A DNA stretch of 64,000 bases from Candidatus Nealsonbacteria bacterium (GCA_026396095.1 JAPLXK010000003.1:12727-76726), one strand, 5' to 3'. Numbered from the stretch's first letter, positions 1 to 8,581 are shown. Notes: generated by a model from the sequence alone, not told the origin. Numbers and translations are program-made.

Positions 1-46
1 CATTTTTAAAAGAAAAAGGAGGGGTTATTCTTTTCAGATTAACCCC

Positions 47-259
47 TTATGTTTTATTTTTAACAACGCAACAACATTTTTTCTTTTTAAGTATAAAAGT
101 AAAAAATATCCAGAATGCGATGATGGAACAAATAATAACAATTGATATTCCCTCTCTTATTCCCACTAGTTCGTAGCATACGGCTGTAAAAGACAGAGAA
201 AATATGACGGCAAGAAGAAAATTGGCAATATGTTCTGTTGTGTCTGGCATTAACCTCAT
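47..259 (-). CDS. small hypothetical membrane protein (two hydrophobic segments, basic/Cys-rich tail)
   Basis: 70-aa ORF with two TM-like stretches; overlaps the upstream ORF stop by 4 nt. Confidence 0.5.
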   Translation of the reverse strand: MRLMPDTTEHIANFLLAVIFSLSFTAVCYELVGIREGISIVIICSIIAFWIFFTFILKKKKCCCVVKNKT

Positions 260-585
260 CCCCTAAGCCCTTTAACCGAAAAGGGAAATCCTATCGAAGA
301 TGTCGGCTTAACGGCAATGTGCCAATGGTTTAAACCAAAATTTTCAGTCGGTTTTCTTTGGGTCCATTTCTTTCCTTTCCCTACCCATTGAATCCTCTTC
401 CATACTCCGTTTATTTCTTCGTAGCCAAAGGTCTTATTGGTGATAATCCCCTTACACCCTGGACATCTCCATCCGGAGTTCATTGCGTCAATCGGAAGAT
501 CTTCAACGCTTAACAAGGCTCCGCAGATCTCGCAAAGACCCAAACTTTCAAGCCCAACGATTTTATCAATGTTTCCTTTTGTCAA
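256..585 (-). CDS. hypothetical zinc-ribbon protein
   Basis: CEIC...CPGC motifs; start moved to TTG at 585 because AAAGGAGGT SD lies just upstream. Confidence 0.65.
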   Translation of the reverse strand: MTKGNIDKIVGLESLGLCEICGALLSVEDLPIDAMNSGWRCPGCKGIITNKTFGYEEINGVWKRIQWVGKGKKWTQRKPTENFGLNHWHIAVKPTSSIGFPFSVKGLRG

Positions 586-661
586 AGTACTACCTCCTTT
601 GTGGTGATAATTTATCACTTCCTGATAAAAAATCAAGTTTTCGATAAAAAAGCGGCTTAAA

Positions 662-898
662 TTATTGCCGCTTTGCTTTTGTTTGAGCGTCGCTCTTAAT
701 CAATCTTTCGAGCAACTTGTCTTTTTGGGACGGTAAAATCTCCGGAACATGATGGCAGAAATTACAATGCCGAAGGATCTCTTCCAGGCCTTTCATATTT
801 TTATTGTATCCGAAAATATGACCGTCTTCTGTCCAAAGATCCCAATGGATTTTTATTTCTTTAAATTCTCCTGCTGTAATTTTTTCCCGTCTGGCCAT
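662..898 (-). CDS. hypothetical protein
   Basis: 78-aa ORF preceded by a strong AGGAGG SD. Confidence 0.6.
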   Translation of the reverse strand: MARREKITAGEFKEIKIHWDLWTEDGHIFGYNKNMKGLEEILRHCNFCHHVPEILPSQKDKLLERLIKSDAQTKAKRQ

Positions 899-1108
899 TC
901 CATCCTCCTAAAATATTCTTTCCTTTTTTAAAAAGAACTGCTTATTCCTTTTATCAAAATCCATGAAAAAATCAATCCCCTCTCTTTAAAAAAGATTGAC
1001 AACTCTCTGGTAGTGTATTATAAATAATAAGCCTAAAATTTCTCCAGACATTTTCTCGCAAAATGAAACGAGAGTTTTGGGCAGTCTAGCTAAAAAGGAG
1101 AAGGTATC

Positions 1109-1840
1109 TTGAAAAATGAAATTCAGAATGCTGAAAGCATGGCGGAGATTGCGCTCCGTAAAAAACCGCACGCCTCAATTGATCGAGAAACCGCTCGTGA
1201 TATACTCGGAAAAAAATTGTTCGGTCCGAAAGAATGGCTGTCATCCTACGGGATATGGTTCTCTGACCAACAGCTCAAAGAAATTTTCGAGTTCCCATGG
1301 AACGAGAGCATTCTGGACGCTCCTTGTCCCTTTGTAAAAGGAAAAAGCATAAAGGAAACTCATTTTGCATTTCTGGGAATTGACCGGATATACAACAAGC
1401 CCCTTACCGTGCTGAAATGGCACGAATTGCATCCTATTTCGGGCAAACAGAAGCCAAAGCTCAATCCCTGGTATGAAGACCAGGATTTTGCCAGAGTCAA
1501 AACCTGCTGGTTCAAGTGGTATTTGATGCTTATTAAAAGCGCTCCTAATTCTACGGAAAAAACCTATCAGGAGCAAACGGCAATGATGCCGGCCGGATAC
1601 AGAGCGCCATTTGCGATAGAGGAGGTAACTAAAAATATCCTTTACCACAAAACTTACGGCGTTTACCCTAACGGCTACAACTGGACCAGATGCCAGGACA
1701 TTGCGATTGGCGACTGCCACATTTGCGTCGGCGACTTTATTAAGGTTCGCGGCTGGGCAGGAGGCAGACAGCACCCTACCGTTGGAATTTCCGCTTCTCG
1801 AAAAAACCCGTATTCAAAGTGTCGGGTAATAGAGCCTTAA
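1109..1840 (+). CDS. putative C-type-lectin-fold, DGR-target-like protein
   Basis: C-terminus WTRCQD...CVGDF...VGISASRK resembles CPR DGR variable proteins; NNC-rich 3' codons; AAGGAG SD upstream. Confidence 0.6.
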   Translation: MKNEIQNAESMAEIALRKKPHASIDRETARDILGKKLFGPKEWLSSYGIWFSDQQLKEIFEFPWNESILDAPCPFVKGKSIKETHFAFLGIDRIYNKPLTVLKWHELHPISGKQKPKLNPWYEDQDFARVKTCWFKWYLMLIKSAPNSTEKTYQEQTAMMPAGYRAPFAIEEVTKNILYHKTYGVYPNGYNWTRCQDIAIGDCHICVGDFIKVRGWAGGRQHPTVGISASRKNPYSKCRVIEP

Positions 1841-1876
1841 AAATTTAAAAACTCAAAAATTTAATTTTTGAAAAAA

Positions 1877-1892
1877 TCCGCCCTAAGGCGGA
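1877..1892. other. GC-rich hairpin downstream of the DGR-target-like gene
   Basis: TCCGCC-CTAA-GGCGGA, 6-bp stem and 4-nt loop. Confidence 0.6.
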
Positions 1893-1893
1893 A

Positions 1894-1934
1894 AAACAGG
1901 CCTTATCTGAATTATCGTTAAGGCTTTTTTATTT
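1894..1934 (+). repeat. 41-bp direct repeat copy 1 (terminator-like)
   Basis: AAACAGGCCTTATCTGAATTATCGTTAAGGCTTTTTTATTT; 39/41 identical to 2977-3017. Confidence 0.9.
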
Positions 1935-1979
1935 GAAAAAATTATTTTTAAATATTATTGTAGCCACATCATGTAAAAG

Positions 1980-2015
1980 AAAAAACCTGTACACTCCCTT
2001 TCGGCAGGCACAGGT
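1980..2015 (-). terminator. intrinsic terminator-like hairpin
   Basis: Minus strand ACCTGTGC...GAAA...GTACAGGT followed by a T run. Confidence 0.5.
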
Positions 2016-2118
2016 GACTTCATTAATAATATTAATCCAATAGGAAAGAGTTGTCCGGGGATTAAAAATGGAATATGAGAATCAGAACAAATATAGAGAA
2101 GGAAAAATATGATAATAT

Positions 2119-2237
2119 TGGTTCCGTATCGTGAACAATGTTAGAACCATAATCCAGAGACAAGGCGAGTATATTTACATCCCGGACCTAAAAACCGAAA
2201 ATTGAAGCTTGATTTAGCCCACCCAACGAATCACTAT
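2119..2237 (+). mobile_element. att-like / recombinase C-terminal remnant, copy A
   Basis: Startless frame WFRIVNNVRTIIQRQGEYIYIPDLKTEN*; homologous to 59966-60080. Confidence 0.55.
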
Positions 2238-2262
2238 TGTTTGCTGTTTATCAAACCTTATC

Positions 2263-2814
2263 CTAAATAGTTAATGGTTCAAAATATGATTTCCGTGCTC
2301 GGCGTGTTAAATCGCAATTTTTTCTTAAAGACCCCGATAGATAGCCTCTAAAGAAAAGCAGTTCGACTCGTTTGCCAAGTTTTTTAGTATTTGTAATCGC
2401 ACTCAGAAAATCACCATCATTTGAAACAAGTATCGCGGTATCATATTGACTTAATGCCGCATGAGCTACCATATCGGAACTAATTTGTGTATCTATGTTT
2501 TTTTCGTGTGGGTCTGATTTATCCCCTTGTAAATATCCATACCTTAATTCAACTTTCGGTAATTTACCTACTGCTGAATAATACTTTGATGCTGTTGCAT
2601 GCCGTTGTTTGCTTTCTTCATTCTCTGATAAAAGCCATGCTGGTGGTGGCACGCAGTAAAAATATACAGCTACAAGTTCACGGCCGCCCGATAGCTTCTT
2701 TGCAAGTTTAAGCGGGTCATAAAGTTGCGACCAATTTCTATCTCCATTTTGCCTAATTGATTTTATGTTCTTGAAAACATTACTGTTGTCTATATAGACA
2801 GATATTCTATTCAT
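2263..2814 (-). CDS. NYN (LabA/DUF88, PIN-like) domain ribonuclease
   Basis: YIDNSN, EKNID, LVSNDGDF and GKRVE motifs; start set to ATG 2814, 7 nt after TGnTATAAT (leaderless). Confidence 0.85.
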   Translation of the reverse strand: MNRISVYIDNSNVFKNIKSIRQNGDRNWSQLYDPLKLAKKLSGGRELVAVYFYCVPPPAWLLSENEESKQRHATASKYYSAVGKLPKVELRYGYLQGDKSDPHEKNIDTQISSDMVAHAALSQYDTAILVSNDGDFLSAITNTKKLGKRVELLFFRGYLSGSLRKNCDLTRRARKSYFEPLTI

Positions 2815-2829
2815 GCCTCGTATTATAAC

Positions 2830-2901
2830 AAAAAACAAAAAGGAGCGTAAGCTCCCCTTCGTTGCTTATTGTTGCCGAAGCAGACAATAAGGATTTCTTA
2901 T
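2830..2901 (-). ncRNA. putative small hairpin RNA upstream of the NYN gene
   Basis: cUUCGg hairpin at 2865-2891, then GGAGC-UUAC-GCUCC-U-rich terminator; has its own promoter. Confidence 0.5.
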
Positions 2902-2907
2902 GTTTAT

Positions 2908-2936
2908 AGTTTATATTTAATAATTATTCGTGTCAA
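2908..2936 (-). promoter_or_regulatory. sigma70-type promoter
   Basis: TTGACA-17 nt-TAAACT. Confidence 0.65.
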
Positions 2937-2976
2937 GGGGGTGTACTAGAAGTATATATGTGTAACACTTTTAGGT

Positions 2977-3017
2977 AAACAGGCTTTATCTGAGTTATCG
3001 TTAAGGCTTTTTTATTT
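2977..3017 (+). repeat. 41-bp direct repeat copy 2
   Basis: AAACAGGCTTTATCTGAGTTATCGTTAAGGCTTTTTTATTT. Confidence 0.9.
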
Positions 3018-6000
3018 AAAAAAATATGTTTCTGGATTCAGATAACTTTTCCCATGGACAATTGGTGTCGTATTTATTATTTAAAAAAATATTATTTTCT
3101 AGGTAAATGTTCCCAAATTTTTCGCAAGGGCCTGAAACGTAAACCCCGTAGATATTATCTTTTATCTCTGAATTTCGAACGGTTAATTCAACATCTCCCT
3201 CATCTTCTTTTACTGTAATCGCTCCAAAATCAAGCCACCAAAGAGGACTCTCTGATCCGCCGTATTTAATTATAGTGTTGTCTAAAACAGAACCTGAAGT
3301 AAAAAAATGAAGCCAATACCAATCGCCTTTGTTTGGAATACTGTTGTTTGCATCGTTATTGGTGTCGCCCCCATATTCATCATCGTTAAAAGAGGTAAAA
3401 ATTACAGGATTAGAAGCACTTCCTTGGGCTAAAATTTTTCCATAAATTTCCATTGTCCCCTTGTATACCGGTCCCATTTTAAATTTTACTATTACTCCCG
3501 GATCAAGACTAAGGACTGCTCCGCCTCCAATTGCTCCGTTTTCAATAATGTAAGGCAAGTCAGCCTGCCAAGTGGTTGAAGAAATATAGCCTGGTCCGAC
3601 AAAAATTCCATTTAAGTTATTATTTATGGCCTGATTGTTTTTAAAATAAGGGGAAGCGTCATTAAAATAAATTGGCGTGATATTGTTTTCAAAAATATTA
3701 TTTTCAATTTTTGGGGTTGCTCCTGATAAAATTTTAATTCCGAATTTATTGCCTGAAAATTTTGAATTTTTTATTACAGGGCTTCCTCCTTCAATATAAA
3801 TTCCGGCCGCTGAATCGAAATAATCAATGACGACCCCCTCTATATTAAGGAAATTTACGTTATTTACCGTAGTCGAGGAATTAATCAGCCACAAACCGAC
3901 TGTCCTGCTTTTTTCGATTATCGAATCTTCAATTAAAATTTCTCCATTTTCCACCCTAATCATTCCTCTGGTAAAACAGGCGCAGCAAGGAAAACAGCCG
4001 TAAATGCTGCTACCGTATCTAAAAATTGTGTTTTTTAATTTTGAACCGGAACTTTCTTTAAAATAAAGCCAATCCCAATCTCCGGGATTACCAATCGAAG
4101 GACCGTCTCCGTTCGTATCTCCGCCGAAATCATCATCTTTTAATGACGTAAAAACAATCTTTTCATCTTCTTCCCCTCCGAGCGCCTCAATCTTTCCTTC
4201 AATTTCAATTCCTGTTTTGAAAAATTTTAAAATTACCCCTTTTTCAATTTTTAATATTTTTTCTTTTGGTATAGTTAAAGAGCTTTGAATTATATATGGG
4301 CTTCCGTGATGAGTTAAATTAATTTCGGAAAATTCGTCAAAGGGCAAATTAGAAATGGATATGGGGGACATTGAAACGGAATTTTTAGCTTTCGGAGTAC
4401 CGTTAATGTTATTTCCTTTTGCGTCCCTTCCGTTTCTTATAATGAGATTATTATTCTCCCAATTAGCCGAAGAGGTGCCGCTGGCGGAAGAATCAATTCT
4501 TTCCATTGAAATATAATATGGAGAAGATGTTCCGGCAAACCAGCCGGAAGAACAATCGACCGCGTCAATAAAAATATCGCCGTCATTTATCAGCTCTAAT
4601 TTTCCGCCGACATTGCTTAATTCGCCAGTATAGACCTGGTCTTCTGTAATATCTGTAGTATTAGAAGCCGTTCTTTCTAGTAAATAAAATCCTGAACCGG
4701 AGATTGTAGAGCTTGAGATTTTTATAAACTCTTCTCCATTTTTCTTTATTTTCCAGCCGGTCAGATCTATCGATGTTGAGGCATTGTTGTAAAGTTCTAT
4801 CCATTCGTCGCTGGAATTATCAGGGCCTGTTCCCATCCAGGCAATTTCGTTAATAACTACCGATAAAACAGACTCTTCTGGATGGGGTTCGGGAATTATC
4901 CCTGATTCTGGGCTTTGATTTTGCGCTTTGGGAGTAGGAATTTGAACTTCAAAATCAACCAGATTGTTGTCATTATCAAGATAATTTTGGCTTGTTGTTG
5001 ACCATTTCCGGTCAATATTTTTTCCGACCGGCGGATTTTCAGCCGGATCATTTTCGGAAAAAACATTTTGGCCAAAACCAACTAAATCAACGATGTCTGC
5101 GTCGGAAGCGCCTTCGATTTCTTCCTGATTTTTTACCAAATATACAGCATTGTTTTGGGCCAAATTAAATACCTTATGGGTCATATCAGCCAGATTCAAT
5201 AGTCCCTGATCATTGCTGCTGGCATTAACGATTAAAAAATATCCTTTTCCAGGAATTTTATCCCCTGTTTCAAAATTCTTTTTGTAAATAGCAGTACTGG
5301 TGGAATAAGATTTTTGAATCGACCATTGAGAGATATCCGCCTCCTGTTCATTGGGATTATAAAGCTCAACAAATTCATCGTAAGTATTATTAGCTGAAGC
5401 AATCTGTATCTCGCTGATTAATACTTTTAAAATCGGCTCTGGCGATAATTGCGGCGGTGCGGGGTTTCCTCCCCCTCCTACAGCTACATACTCATAATAT
5501 CCGGCGCTGTTTTCTGCCCTCGGAGTGCCCGTAAAATTCGCGCCTGATTGCCAGTTTAAATCAATTTTTCTTTCCATTGTTCTTTTTAAGGAATTATCTC
5601 CTGCCGGCCAATTTTGATTTGCCGTTGCTTCATCTTGAAGCTGGCAGTTTTTATCAAAAAGATATAACGATTCATTGGTGTTATTAAGATTGCCCGTATA
5701 AATTAAATCAGCCGTTACTTCAGGCACCGAATTGTCATCGGTTCTTTCTAAAAGTAAAAATCCGTTGTTCGGGATGACTTCTTTGGTAAAAATTATTTTT
5801 ATTTGTTTTTCTTTGTTTAAAATCTGCCAACCGGCCAAACTGATGGAATTTCCAGAGATGTTTTTAAGTTCTATCCATTCGTCGTTTGCAGAATTTTTTG
5901 TTCCCATCCATGCAATTTCATTAAAAATGACCTGGTTTTTAGTAAGTTCTCCATTTTTCTCGCATAAAGCTATTTCCTCTTTTTGTTTTGAATCATTTAT

Positions 6001-7368
6001 TATCTCAGATTCTTCTTCATCTTCTTCTTGATCTTTAACTATTTTTTCAACTTCTAAGACTTCTTTTTCTGACTCTTCGTCGATACCCTTAAATTCAATG
6101 ATTTTTTGATTAAGTATGTCTATTTTTTCTGAGATATCATCAATTATTTCCTGAATCTCCTCCAGGGTTAATTTCTTTTCCATCTCTTCTTTTAAATCTA
6201 CCTCTACTGTTTTTGGTTGCTCCTCGGGTAAATCCTCTTTCTTTGGGTCTTTAAGGGATAATTTTTCGTTTTGCTGGTTAATAATATTAAAAGGGCTCTC
6301 TAATTCATTTGGTTCTGGCGCATTTGTTTTGGTCTCCACTATGGCTGCCGGTGAAAGAAAATTAATTTCTGAAATAAATGATTTTATTTTGTTCCAAATG
6401 TCGGTAATTCCCAGTGTTTTGCCGGTGGTTTTGGCTATAATAACTTCAAACTCCTTAATCGTGGACTCTATCGGATTTAACATTTGTCTTTCCAGCAAGG
6501 TTGAAGGGTTAATTCCTAGGTCCGGAACTGTCGGAGGGAAGCTAATTTTAATAAATGGATGACTCGCCTGACCATTTTCGTCAACCCATTGATAATTCTC
6601 AAATTGATCTTTTTCTACTATGCCCGTAATGTCAACGATAAAAGGAGGTATGTCTTTTCTAAGATCGGGTGCAGGCAACGAAGTCATGCTTCCATGTTTT
6701 TGAGGGCTAGGCGCTTCTAAAAAATCTGACGAATAAAATCTTATTTTGACATTTCCTCTTCCAGTATTTAAAGAATGAAAAACTATAACATACTGAAAAA
6801 TAGCTTCTCTTTCTTCTCCTTCACAAGAAAGATATTTAAGATTTATCGCTCCAGGGCTCATTTTAATTTCATTATCAATAAGGGCTCTTACGCCGTAATC
6901 TACGGCCATTTTAACTGTTTCTTTTTCAATTTTATCTAAAGCTGCGGAAAAATCTTTAATTAAAACTATTTGAGCTATTTCTATTGTTCCTTTTATTATA
7001 TTTTTAATAGTTTCTATCGGAGCATCTGTAAAAAAATAATTTACCTCTTCTGTTTTTGCGGCCTTTAATAACATTAAAACAGCGACTGTTTCTTCGTCTG
7101 TGGCGTATCCAGATCCCCATGAATTCATTGCTTCTGTTGTAAATACTTGTCTAAATGTGTTCATTAAGTTTTGAGCGTCTCCTTGAGGTAATTCAAGGTT
7201 TTTTTCTATTTCTTCTATGGTAATATTTTCTATAACATCATCAGCTAGGCAGGTTTTGGGGAAAACTAAAAAACCCGCTAAAAAAATTAATAGCAAAATA
7301 TTAAAAATTTGTCCGGTTGTCCTTTTAAAAAATAATTTTTTAATAGGGCTTTGGAGGTTTTTTTCCAT
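3016..7368 (-). CDS. large surface protein: N-terminal TM/signal, three lamin-tail domains, two right-handed beta-helix modules
   Basis: Three (I/F)NEI...(D)EW/FIELYN repeats; two FTSxxDDxxGGDTN...GDW repeats; 1450 aa. Confidence 0.8.
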   Translation of the reverse strand: MEKNLQSPIKKLFFKRTTGQIFNILLLIFLAGFLVFPKTCLADDVIENITIEEIEKNLELPQGDAQNLMNTFRQVFTTEAMNSWGSGYATDEETVAVLMLLKAAKTEEVNYFFTDAPIETIKNIIKGTIEIAQIVLIKDFSAALDKIEKETVKMAVDYGVRALIDNEIKMSPGAINLKYLSCEGEEREAIFQYVIVFHSLNTGRGNVKIRFYSSDFLEAPSPQKHGSMTSLPAPDLRKDIPPFIVDITGIVEKDQFENYQWVDENGQASHPFIKISFPPTVPDLGINPSTLLERQMLNPIESTIKEFEVIIAKTTGKTLGITDIWNKIKSFISEINFLSPAAIVETKTNAPEPNELESPFNIINQQNEKLSLKDPKKEDLPEEQPKTVEVDLKEEMEKKLTLEEIQEIIDDISEKIDILNQKIIEFKGIDEESEKEVLEVEKIVKDQEEDEEESEIINDSKQKEEIALCEKNGELTKNQVIFNEIAWMGTKNSANDEWIELKNISGNSISLAGWQILNKEKQIKIIFTKEVIPNNGFLLLERTDDNSVPEVTADLIYTGNLNNTNESLYLFDKNCQLQDEATANQNWPAGDNSLKRTMERKIDLNWQSGANFTGTPRAENSAGYYEYVAVGGGGNPAPPQLSPEPILKVLISEIQIASANNTYDEFVELYNPNEQEADISQWSIQKSYSTSTAIYKKNFETGDKIPGKGYFLIVNASSNDQGLLNLADMTHKVFNLAQNNAVYLVKNQEEIEGASDADIVDLVGFGQNVFSENDPAENPPVGKNIDRKWSTTSQNYLDNDNNLVDFEVQIPTPKAQNQSPESGIIPEPHPEESVLSVVINEIAWMGTGPDNSSDEWIELYNNASTSIDLTGWKIKKNGEEFIKISSSTISGSGFYLLERTASNTTDITEDQVYTGELSNVGGKLELINDGDIFIDAVDCSSGWFAGTSSPYYISMERIDSSASGTSSANWENNNLIIRNGRDAKGNNINGTPKAKNSVSMSPISISNLPFDEFSEINLTHHGSPYIIQSSLTIPKEKILKIEKGVILKFFKTGIEIEGKIEALGGEEDEKIVFTSLKDDDFGGDTNGDGPSIGNPGDWDWLYFKESSGSKLKNTIFRYGSSIYGCFPCCACFTRGMIRVENGEILIEDSIIEKSRTVGLWLINSSTTVNNVNFLNIEGVVIDYFDSAAGIYIEGGSPVIKNSKFSGNKFGIKILSGATPKIENNIFENNITPIYFNDASPYFKNNQAINNNLNGIFVGPGYISSTTWQADLPYIIENGAIGGGAVLSLDPGVIVKFKMGPVYKGTMEIYGKILAQGSASNPVIFTSFNDDEYGGDTNNDANNSIPNKGDWYWLHFFTSGSVLDNTIIKYGGSESPLWWLDFGAITVKEDEGDVELTVRNSEIKDNIYGVYVSGPCEKFGNIYLENNIFLNNKYDTNCPWEKLSESRNIFF

Positions 7369-7494
7369 TAAAAATTGATATTATTATCAATTCTTATTAT
7401 CAGGTTGATTCTTAAAAGAGCTATATTTTACCTCTCTCTAGCCGAGGTACGCTTTATTTTTATGTTAAAGAACTATCTGTTCCTTTCAAAAATT

Positions 7495-8112
7495 TTAATT
7501 TGGGCCCATTGAAACTGATCCTAAAAATTTATTAAATTCCTCATCGCAACGTTCGCTTTCTTGAATAGGACTACTGAATATTATTTTATAAATATTATTT
7601 TTAAAAGGAAAGTCAATTGAGATATAAGACATTTTGAGGCCTTCGACGTAATATTTGTTTTTTAAGGCTGTTTGGCCGCTTAATTCTATTTTTTGAAATT
7701 GATCTAGTTTTATTACAGAAGATAGTTGTAAAAAATTTTCATTAACAATTTTTTCAAGGGTATCTATATTGGTTCTAATATAACTCACATATATATAAAT
7801 TCTACAACCAGTCTCGAGTATGTCGCTCCTTTTTTCATTAAACTTTGTGTCTGGGCTGTAAAAAGACGAAGGGTCTTCTTTAATGATCCAATCAGTTGGT
7901 ATTTTAAAACTTATTCCCGCTTTTTTATTTTCTACCAATTTTCCTTCGGGCGTTTCTTTGATAATAAAATCTTCTATGGGACTCATCTTTGCTTCCATCC
8001 ATTTTTCTGGCGGAGTTTCTTGATTATTTTTCCACAAAAAAAATCCTCCGATCCCGAGAATTAATATTAAAACAAAAAAGACAAAGATTTTTTTAGCCAG
8101 TCTTTTATCCAC
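7495..8112 (-). CDS. membrane-anchored extracellular protein (PsbP-like)
   Basis: N-terminal TM, GISFKIPTDW motif, C-terminal FNKFLGS. Confidence 0.6.
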   Translation of the reverse strand: MDKRLAKKIFVFFVLILILGIGGFFLWKNNQETPPEKWMEAKMSPIEDFIIKETPEGKLVENKKAGISFKIPTDWIIKEDPSSFYSPDTKFNEKRSDILETGCRIYIYVSYIRTNIDTLEKIVNENFLQLSSVIKLDQFQKIELSGQTALKNKYYVEGLKMSYISIDFPFKNNIYKIIFSSPIQESERCDEEFNKFLGSVSMGPN

Positions 8113-8280
8113 GTTTCTTAATTATAGACTCTAAAGTATGTTACGCAAGCAAAACTGTGGAGAAAATACGTCTTATTATTTACTCAATTATTTTAATTAT
8201 GCGTCATTAAAGTCATTTAAAGCAATTACACCAAACAGGTACATAGTTAACACTTTTTAGCGTTTAACTTGAAATTTGAT

Positions 8281-8309
8281 TGTTCGTCTAGGGGAACGAT
8301 GTTAGGGCC
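8281..8309 (+). repeat. degenerate att-like motif, copy B
   Basis: TGTTCGTCTAGGGGAACGATGTTAGGGCC aligns without gaps to GGTTCCGTATCGTGAACAATGTTAGAACC (2120-2148). Confidence 0.35.
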
Positions 8310-8312
8310 TAG

Positions 8313-8471
8313 CTGATTAAGGTTGGCCGAAATTATATTATTCCTCGTTCTGCCCTTCTTGAAAGGCTCGGAAAGGATATTGGATCCGAGAATAAAGCCG
8401 CAGTCAAAAATGTCGTCAATAAAGCCCTGAAGGACTACGAAAAAACATTTAGATTACTTGGAAAAGAATGA
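8313..8471 (+). pseudogene. 3' fragment of an excisionase-like HTH protein gene
   Basis: Startless frame LIKVGRNYIIPRSALLERLGK...DYEKTFRLLGKE*; the overlapping next start reads ATG AAA TAA. Confidence 0.5.
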
Positions 8472-8581
8472 AATAAAAATCAACGGCTATATCCGCGGAG
8501 TCTTTCTATGGCTGCATATTTGCCAAAAATTACGTTTTGAGCTAAAAAGATATATGCTCTTTACCAAGGAGGTGTGGAGTT

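Noticed and set aside
749-1171. ORFs 749-931 (+) and 986-1171 (-)
   Set aside because: They overlap better-supported SD-led genes and promoter DNA.
2941-2968. dif-like 28-mer GTGTACTAGAA-GTATAT-ATGTGTAACAC beside direct repeat 2
   Set aside because: Partial resemblance to XerC/D sites, but the XerD arm departs from TTATGT(T/A)AA, and no convincing partner site or Xer gene is in the window.
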